Shown here piece after piece: positions 55,838-64,000 of a stretch of DNA of 64,000 nucleotides. The notes below the pieces were generated by a model. It worked only from the letters and a program-made list of their open reading frames with translations. It was not told the origin of the DNA and searched no databases. Position 1 is the stretch's first letter; each line of letters begins with the position of its first letter. The stretch comes from an uncultured Deinococcaceae bacterium (GTDB lineage Bacteria > Deinococcota > Deinococci > Deinococcales > Deinococcaceae): the NCBI GenBank assembly GCA_964252075.1, contig CAXULY010000003.1, forward strand, positions 32,001 through 96,000. The letters are read 5' to 3'. A program made the position numbers and the translations under genes.

Positions 55838-56982
55838 TCAGCTCCAGCGGGCGTCCGTCCACTTCTGGTCACCGCGCGCGTTCTCGACGGTCTTCTCGAT
55901 GAAGTGCACGCCGCGCGCGCCGTCCTCCAGGGTGGGGTACTCGGGCGTGATGGTGCGGCCCTCCGCGCGCGCGCGCATGTCCTGGATGGCGCCCAGGTAC
56001 ACGTTCGCGAAGGCCTCGATGAAGCCTTCCGGGTGCCCGCTCGGGAGGCGCGTGGCGGCCTGCGCGTCCGCGCCGAGGCCGGGCCCGCCGCGCGTGAGGA
56101 TGCGCCGGGGCGCGTCCAGGCTGTCGTGAATCAGGACGTTGGGGTTCTCCTGGTGCCAGATCAGGCTGCCCTGGGTGCCGTGCACGCGCAAGCGCAGGTC
56201 GTTCTCCCCGCCGATCTCGATCTGCGAGCACATCAGGACGCCCTTCGCGCCGCCCTGGAAGCGCAGCAGCAGGCTCGCGTCGTCGTCGAGCGCGCGGCCC
56301 GGCACGAAACTCGTGAGGTCCGCGCACAGGGACTCCACGTGCAGGCCCGTGACGGTGCTCACGAGGTTCTCCGCGTGGCTGCCGATGTCCCCCATCGCGC
56401 CCGCGAGGCCGCTGCGGGCGGGGTCGGTGCGCCAGCCCGCCTGCTTGTTGGCGCTCTCGTCCACGGCGTTGGAGAGCCAGCCCTGGTGGTACTCCACGAT
56501 CACCTTGCGGAGGTCGCCCAGCACGCCCTCGCGGACCATCTGCCGGGCCTGGCGCACGAGGGGATAGCCGGTGTAGTTGTAGGTCACGGCGAACACCACG
56601 CCGCTCTTCGCGACGGTGTCCATCAGGTCGCGGGCCTGCTCGCTGCTGTGCACGAGCGGCTTGTCGCACACCACATGGATGCCCGCCGCCGCGAAGGCCT
56701 TCGCGACCGGGTAGTGCATGTGGTTCGGCGTGACGATGCTCACGAAGTCGATGCGCTCACCGTCGGGCCGCGCGAGTTCGCCCTCCAGCATGTCCTCCCA
56801 GCTGCCGTAACTGCGCTCGGGCGCGAGGCCGAGCGCCTCGCCGGACGCGCGGGCCTTCTCGGGCGTGCTGGAGAGCGCGCCCGCCACGAGTTCCGTCTGC
56901 CCGTCGAGCGCGGCGGCCATGCGGTGCACGCCGCCGATGAAGGCGCCCTGCCCGCCGCCCACCATGCCGTACTTCAGGCGCC

Positions 56983-56986
<4 letters not shown>
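55838..56986 (-). CDS. Gfo/Idh/MocA oxidoreductase
   Basis: [22 protein letters not shown] and DIGSH motifs. Confidence 0.92.
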
Positions 56987-57993
<1,007 letters not shown>

Positions 57994-58138
57994 GGCAGGG
58001 TCCTCCCGCCCCGAGGGTGGGGCGCCGGGTCGCGGGGCGCGACCCCTGAGCTGGGTGGTGGCACGCGCGGGGTGTAAAACGATTTCTCTGCTGAATAGTA
58101 ACGCGAGGACCGCCACGCCGGGCAAGGGGGCGCCCGCG

Positions 58139-58774
58139 TCAGGGCGCCTGGACCACCTGCGTGAGGTACCCGACGAGCGCGGCCTCCACCTCCCGCACGA
58201 GGGCCGGGTCGAAGCCCGCGCCGTGCGGGCCGGGGCGCGTGAAGAGGGCGTCCGCGAGGTGAATGCACAGCCACGCGACGGTCGCGCGGCGCGCGGGGTC
58301 CAGGGTGGGCGCGAGCGCCGCGAGGAGCGCCTCGACCTGCCCCGTGATGGCCTTCAGGACGCTGGCGTGCGCCGGTTCCTGCAGGGCGCGCGGTTCCTGC
58401 GGGTCGTGCGTGAGGAGCACGCGCAGCAGGCCGGGCTGCGTGCGGTCGAGCGCCTCGAAGGCCGCGAGAACCTGCGCGATGATGACGGGCAGGGGGCGCC
58501 GGGGCTCGGGAGCGAGGGCGGGGCCGAGCGCGCCATGCACGCGCTCCAGCCACTCCTGGCGCAGCACGGCGCGCAGGGCGGCCTTGTTCGGGAAGAACTG
58601 GTACAGGGACCCCACGGACACGCCCGCTTCCTCCGCGATGCGGTTGGTGGTGGCCGCGTCGAAGCCGACCTCCGCGAAAACGCGAGCCGCAGCGGCCAGA
58701 ATCCGCGCGACGAGGCGGCGGCTGCGGGTCTGGGTGGGCGTGCGGCGCGGCTGGACGCTGCGGGGTCGGTTCAT
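58139..58774 (-). CDS. TetR family regulator
   Basis: [19 protein letters not shown]; divergent from the P450 gene. Confidence 0.92.
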   Translation of the reverse strand: MNRPRSVQPRRTPTQTRSRRLVARILAAAARVFAEVGFDAATTNRIAEEAGVSVGSLYQFFPNKAALRAVLRQEWLERVHGALGPALAPEPRRPLPVIIAQVLAAFEALDRTQPGLLRVLLTHDPQEPRALQEPAHASVLKAITGQVEALLAALAPTLDPARRATVAWLCIHLADALFTRPGPHGAGFDPALVREVEAALVGYLTQVVQAP

Positions 58775-58876
58775 GACGGGCGCCTCCCGGATGCGAGTTG
58801 AGAACGCGAGCAACGGCTCGCATACTGGCAGCGTACCACGCCGCCCCGGCCCGCCCCCTTCCCGCGAGGTGAACCC

Positions 58877-60214
58877 ATGACCGTGCCCCCCAGCCAGCTG
58901 CCCCACGCGCCCGGCCCGAGCCCCGCCGACATGACGTCCGCCAACGCGCGCTTCACGCCCAACCCCCTGGAGTTCCTGCCGCAGCTGCAGCGCGCCTACG
59001 GCGACGTGGTGCGCCTCGGCGGCGAGGAGGGCGGCTACCTCATCAGCGACCCGGCCCTCATCGAGTTCGTGCACGTGCAGACGGGCCGCCTGTTCGACAA
59101 GGGGTACCTGCAGCCTGGCTCCCTGATGGGCCTGGTGTTCGGCAACGGCCTCGTGGTGAGCGAGGGGGACTTCTGGCTGCGGCAGCGCCGCATGATTCAG
59201 CCGAGCTTCCACCGCGACCGCATCCGCGCCTACGGCGAGGTGATGGTCGCGGACGCGCGCCGCATGCTGGCGGACTGGCAGGACGGCCAGACGCGCGACG
59301 TGCACCAGGACATGATGCACGTCACGCTGGAGATCATCCTGAAGAGCCTCTTCGACCTGGAGGCGGGCCCGGAGGCGCAGGCCTTCGGGCAGGCGATGGA
59401 CGACATGCTGGGCTCCATCACGCAGTTGTACATGGCGACGCCGGAGACGGCGCCCGCCATTCAGGCGCGCTTCGAGGACGCCACGCGCCGCATCGACGAC
59501 TTCACGCGCGGCGTGATTCAGACGCGCCGCGCGCAGGGCGGGGACCGCGGCGACCTGCTCTCCATGCTGCTCGCCGCGCAGGACGACGAGCAGCGCGGCA
59601 TGACCGAGCAGCAGCTGCTGGACGAGAGCAAGAACCTCATCATGGCGGGGCACGAGACGACCTCCAACACCCTCAGCTGGACCCTGTGGCTGCTCGCGCA
59701 GCACCCGGAAGTGGAGGCGAAGCTGCACGCGGAGCTGGACGCCGCCCTCGCGGGGCGCCCGCCGGAAGTCGCGGACCTGGAGCGCCTGCCCTACGCCCGC
59801 AACGTGATCGTGGAGGCCATGCGCGTGATGCCGCCCGTGTGGAGCGTGGGGCGCCGCGCGCGGCAGGACCTGGAGCTCGGCGGGTACTTCGTGCCGGAGG
59901 GCGCGATGCTGTCCATGAGCCAGTGGGTGGTGCAGCGCGATGAGCGCTTCTTCCCGGACCCGCTGGCGTTCACGCCGGAGCGCTGGGAGGGCGGCCTGGA
60001 GCGCCGCATCCCCCGGTACGCGTACTTCCCGTTCGGCGGTGGGCCGCGCGTGTGCATCGGGGAGAACTTCGCGCGCATGGAGGCCGTGCTGCTGCTCGCC
60101 ACCATCGCGCAGCGCTACCGCCTGCACCTGCCGGAGGGCGAGGTGGTGCGGCCCGAGCCGAGCATCACGCTGCGCCCGCACGGCGGCCTGCACATGCGGC
60201 TGGAAGCGCGCTGA
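58877..60214 (+). CDS. Cytochrome P450
   Basis: AGHETT, EAMR, PERW and FGGGPRVCIG motifs. Confidence 0.96.
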   Translation: MTVPPSQLPHAPGPSPADMTSANARFTPNPLEFLPQLQRAYGDVVRLGGEEGGYLISDPALIEFVHVQTGRLFDKGYLQPGSLMGLVFGNGLVVSEGDFWLRQRRMIQPSFHRDRIRAYGEVMVADARRMLADWQDGQTRDVHQDMMHVTLEIILKSLFDLEAGPEAQAFGQAMDDMLGSITQLYMATPETAPAIQARFEDATRRIDDFTRGVIQTRRAQGGDRGDLLSMLLAAQDDEQRGMTEQQLLDESKNLIMAGHETTSNTLSWTLWLLAQHPEVEAKLHAELDAALAGRPPEVADLERLPYARNVIVEAMRVMPPVWSVGRRARQDLELGGYFVPEGAMLSMSQWVVQRDERFFPDPLAFTPERWEGGLERRIPRYAYFPFGGGPRVCIGENFARMEAVLLLATIAQRYRLHLPEGEVVRPEPSITLRPHGGLHMRLEAR

Positions 60215-60476
60215 CCCCGTGTGAGGGGCGGCCCGGGATGGCCGCCCCTCGTGGCTGGCCGGTGGGCTGCATGAGATGAGGGCTGCTCAAAGGAACACTC
60301 CTTACCTTCTGAAGGGACCCGGCGCATAATTTCGAGGTGGAGTCCCTGAACGCACCGCTCCTTTGCGCCTTCGGGCGCTCAGCAGGCCACGCTGGTGGCA
60401 CGACCGCCCCCACCCCCGCACCCTCACGCGCTCCGCACCCCACCGCCCGACCCTGGGCGCGCGAACTGAACCGCGC

Positions 60477-62666
60477 ATGACGGTGCAGACCGACGCGAAC
60501 CTCGGCTCCCGCCTGCGGCGCTGGCTGCTCGCGGACAACGCGCAGCAGCCGGAAGGCTTCCATGAGCCCGGCCCGCAGGCGCAGGCGCACCACCACCAGC
60601 ACCCCTGGTGGAAGGTCATGTGCCTCACCGGCGTGGATTACTTCTCCAGCCTGGGGTACCAGCCGGGCATCGCGGCGCTCGCGGCGGGCGCCCTCTCCCC
60701 CATCGCCACGCTGGTCCTCGTGATGGTGACGCTCTTCGGCGCGCTCCCCATGTACCGCCGCGTCGCGAAGGAAAGCCCGCACGGCGACGGCTCCATCTCC
60801 ATGCTGGAGCGCCTCCTGAGTTACTGGCCCAGCAAGGTGCTGGTGCTGGCCCTGATCGGCTTCGTCGCGACGGGCTTCGTCATCACCATCACGCTGTCCG
60901 CCGCGGACGCCAGCGCGCACCTCATCGAGAACCCCTTCCTGACGGGCGCGCTGCACGGCAAGCAGGTCATCATCACGCTCGCCTTGATCGCGCTGCTGGG
61001 CGCGGTGTTCCTGAAGGGCTTCAACGAGGCGATCGGCATCGCGGTGGGGCTGGTGGTGGTGTACATCGGCCTGAGCGCCGCCGTGATGATCAAGGGCGTC
61101 ACGCTGGTCCTCGCGCAGCCGGAGCTCGTGACGAACTGGCTGGCGTCCCTGCGGCAGGCCTTCCCGTCCACCCTCGCGATTGCGGGCGGGGCGCTGCTGG
61201 TGTTCCCGCGCCTCGCGCTGGGCCTCTCCGGCTTCGAGACGGGCGTCGTCGTGATGCCGCTCATCCAGGGCGACCCCGGCGAGTCCGAGGCGAACCCGCG
61301 CGGACGCATCCGCAACGGCCGCAAGCTCCTGACGACCGCGGCGCTCATCATGAGCGTCATGCTGATCGGCAGCGCCTTCGTGACGACCGTGCTGATCCCC
61401 CCGAGCGGCTTCTGGCCGGACACCACCGCCACGCGCAACGTGACCGCCACGGACCTCGCGAGCGGGAACGCCGTGGTGGCCGTGCCGCTCGACGACCCGA
61501 ACTCCCCGCAGCACACCTACAGCCTGCGCCTCCCCGCGAACGCCAAGGGGAGCTTCACCGTGCAGGCGCAGACGCTGGGCGGCACGGTGCCCGTGAACGT
61601 CACGGTGGGCCAGCCGGGCGACCGCGTGGTGCCCGTCACCGTCGAGAAGCCCGCGGGCGGCGCGAGCGGGCGCGCACTCGCGTACCTCGCGCACGAGCGG
61701 CTCGGGAACACCTTCGGCACCATCTACGACATCAGCACCATCTTCATCCTGTGGTTCGCGGGCGCGTCCGCCATGGCGGGCCTGCTGAACATCGTGCCGC
61801 GCTACCTGCCGCGCTACGGCATGGCGCCCGACTGGACGCGCGTGAACCGCCCCCTGGTGCTGATCTTCACGGGCGTGTGCTTCCTCGTGACGCTCGCCTT
61901 CCAGGCGAGCGTGGACGAGCAGTCCGGCGCGTACGCGACGGGCGTGCTGGCCCTCATGACAAGCGCCGCCATCGCCGTGACGCTCTCGTGCTTCCGCAAC
62001 GGCGAGCGCACCCTCGGCGGGTACTTCGCGGTCATCAGCGTGATCTTCGTGTACACCAGCATCGTCACGGTCGGGCAGCGCCCGGAGGGCCTGTACATCG
62101 CGCTGCTGTTCATCGCGGCGATCCTCGCGGTGAGCATCTGGTCGCGCGTGTCGCGCGCCACGGAACTCCGCACGGAGCGCGTGGAACTCGACCACACCGC
62201 CACGTACCTGATCGTGGACGCCGCGCGCCGCGGCGAGCTGCGCTTCATCGCGAACCACCTGGACGCCGGGGACAGCGACGAGTACCGCCTGAAGGAACTC
62301 GACGTGCGCCTCGACACGCACCTCCCCGCACGCGACCCCGTGCTGTTCCTGGAGGTGACGGTCGCGGACGCCAGCGAGTTCCGCGACGTGCTGGAAGTGA
62401 AGGGCTACGAGGTGGACGGGTACCGCATCCTGCGCGCGGAGTCGAGCGCCGTGCCGAACGCCATCGCGGCGTTCCTGCTGCACGTGCGGGACGTAACGGG
62501 CATCGTGCCGCACGTGTACTTCGAGTGGGACGAGGAGGCGCCCGTGAAGAACGCCCTGCGCTTCCTGCTGGCGGGCGAGGGGGACATCCCGCCGCTCACG
62601 CACGAGGTGCTGCGTCAGGCGGAACCGGACCGCCTGCGCCGGCCCGTCGTGCACGTCGGCGGCTGA
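60477..62666 (+). CDS. APC-superfamily transporter
   Basis: Many TMs; [18 protein letters not shown] and LSGFETG motifs. Confidence 0.85.
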   Translation: MTVQTDANLGSRLRRWLLADNAQQPEGFHEPGPQAQAHHHQHPWWKVMCLTGVDYFSSLGYQPGIAALAAGALSPIATLVLVMVTLFGALPMYRRVAKESPHGDGSISMLERLLSYWPSKVLVLALIGFVATGFVITITLSAADASAHLIENPFLTGALHGKQVIITLALIALLGAVFLKGFNEAIGIAVGLVVVYIGLSAAVMIKGVTLVLAQPELVTNWLASLRQAFPSTLAIAGGALLVFPRLALGLSGFETGVVVMPLIQGDPGESEANPRGRIRNGRKLLTTAALIMSVMLIGSAFVTTVLIPPSGFWPDTTATRNVTATDLASGNAVVAVPLDDPNSPQHTYSLRLPANAKGSFTVQAQTLGGTVPVNVTVGQPGDRVVPVTVEKPAGGASGRALAYLAHERLGNTFGTIYDISTIFILWFAGASAMAGLLNIVPRYLPRYGMAPDWTRVNRPLVLIFTGVCFLVTLAFQASVDEQSGAYATGVLALMTSAAIAVTLSCFRNGERTLGGYFAVISVIFVYTSIVTVGQRPEGLYIALLFIAAILAVSIWSRVSRATELRTERVELDHTATYLIVDAARRGELRFIANHLDAGDSDEYRLKELDVRLDTHLPARDPVLFLEVTVADASEFRDVLEVKGYEVDGYRILRAESSAVPNAIAAFLLHVRDVTGIVPHVYFEWDEEAPVKNALRFLLAGEGDIPPLTHEVLRQAEPDRLRRPVVHVGG

Positions 62667-62730
62667 GGAATGACGCCTGGGGGCAGGGCCAGAGCCCTGC
62701 CCTTTGTTGTGGCTGAACGGAGGAACATGC

Positions 62731-63477
62731 ATGCTGCCGGATGAATTGGAATCATACCTGCGGGCGCTCACGACGCGCCTGACGGACACCTTCGGGGAGG
62801 GGCTGGTCGGGGTGTACCTGTTCGGCTCGGCGGCACAGGGCGCGTACGAGCCGGGCGTGAGCGACCTGGACGTGCAGGCGGTGGTGCAGAGTGCGCTCCC
62901 GCTGGAAACGTGCCGGGCGCTGGCGGGGCAGCTCTCGCAGCGGGCCCTCCCGTGCCCGGCGCCGCGCCTGGAGTTCGTGCTGTACCCGCAGGGCGCGGTG
63001 CGGCCCATGACGGCCCGCCCGGCCTTCGCGCTGAACCTGAACACCGGCCGGGCGCTCCCGCAGGACCACGTGACCTACGACGTGAGCGAGGAGTCCCCGC
63101 ACTGGTTCGTGCTGGACATCGCGCAGGGCCGCGAGGTGGGCCGCGCGCTGCTTGGGCCGCCGCCCGCCGAGGTGTTCGGGGTGGTGCCGCGCGCGCTGGT
63201 GCTGGAGGCGCTCGCCACGTCCCTCGCGTGGCACGCGGAGCACGACGCGACCGCCCCGAACCGCATCCTGAACGCCGCGCGCGCGTGGCGCTTCGCGGAC
63301 GCGAACGCCTGGGGCAGTAAGGGCGCGGGCGTCGAGTGGGCCGCAGCGCAGACGCCCGCCTTCCCGGTCATTGAGCGGGCATGGCGGGCGCGGCACGAGG
63401 GGCGGTCGGTGGACCCGGCGGAGGCGGCGGCCTTCCTGGCCTTCGTGGAGGGACGCGTGACCGCCGCGCGCGGATGA
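62731..63477 (+). CDS. Nucleotidyltransferase, aminoglycoside adenylyltransferase-like (DUF4111-like C-terminus)
   Basis: GVYLFGSAA...SDLDV; ILNAARAW...SK. Confidence 0.8.
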   Translation: MLPDELESYLRALTTRLTDTFGEGLVGVYLFGSAAQGAYEPGVSDLDVQAVVQSALPLETCRALAGQLSQRALPCPAPRLEFVLYPQGAVRPMTARPAFALNLNTGRALPQDHVTYDVSEESPHWFVLDIAQGREVGRALLGPPPAEVFGVVPRALVLEALATSLAWHAEHDATAPNRILNAARAWRFADANAWGSKGAGVEWAAAQTPAFPVIERAWRARHEGRSVDPAEAAAFLAFVEGRVTAARG

Positions 63478-63478
63478 C

Positions 63479-64000
<522 letters not shown>

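Noticed and set aside
60330..60405. Fluoride or c-di-AMP riboswitch
   Set aside because: The required pseudoknot partner and conserved core are not found
62731..63477. True aminoglycoside resistance gene
   Set aside because: Only generic nucleotidyltransferase motifs, in a host-like context

Overview
High-GC bacterial DNA, very probably Deinococcus (recognisable ddrC with a DdrO-type operator, a ddrB homologue, many leaderless promoters). Positions 1 to about 43,370 are an apparently intact siphovirus-like prophage, truncated at the left edge and integrated at the 3' end of a tRNA-Arg(CCT) at 43374-43450. From right to left it carries: tyrosine integrase, low-GC cargo, genetic switch, early and recombination genes, replication, late control, packaging, head, tail and lysis. 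The most striking observation is that the prophage seems to carry its own small version of the Deinococcus radiation/desiccation response. Its repressor has a DdrO-type C-terminal domain with an IrrE-cleavage-like motif (MRF-RGERP) and sits next to an IrrE/ImmA-like HExxH protease. Its recombination module encodes a DdrB homologue, and it is integrated next to host ddrC. Positions 43.5-64 kb are ordinary host genes. All family assignments come from reading motifs and from remembered reference proteins; no database search was run.
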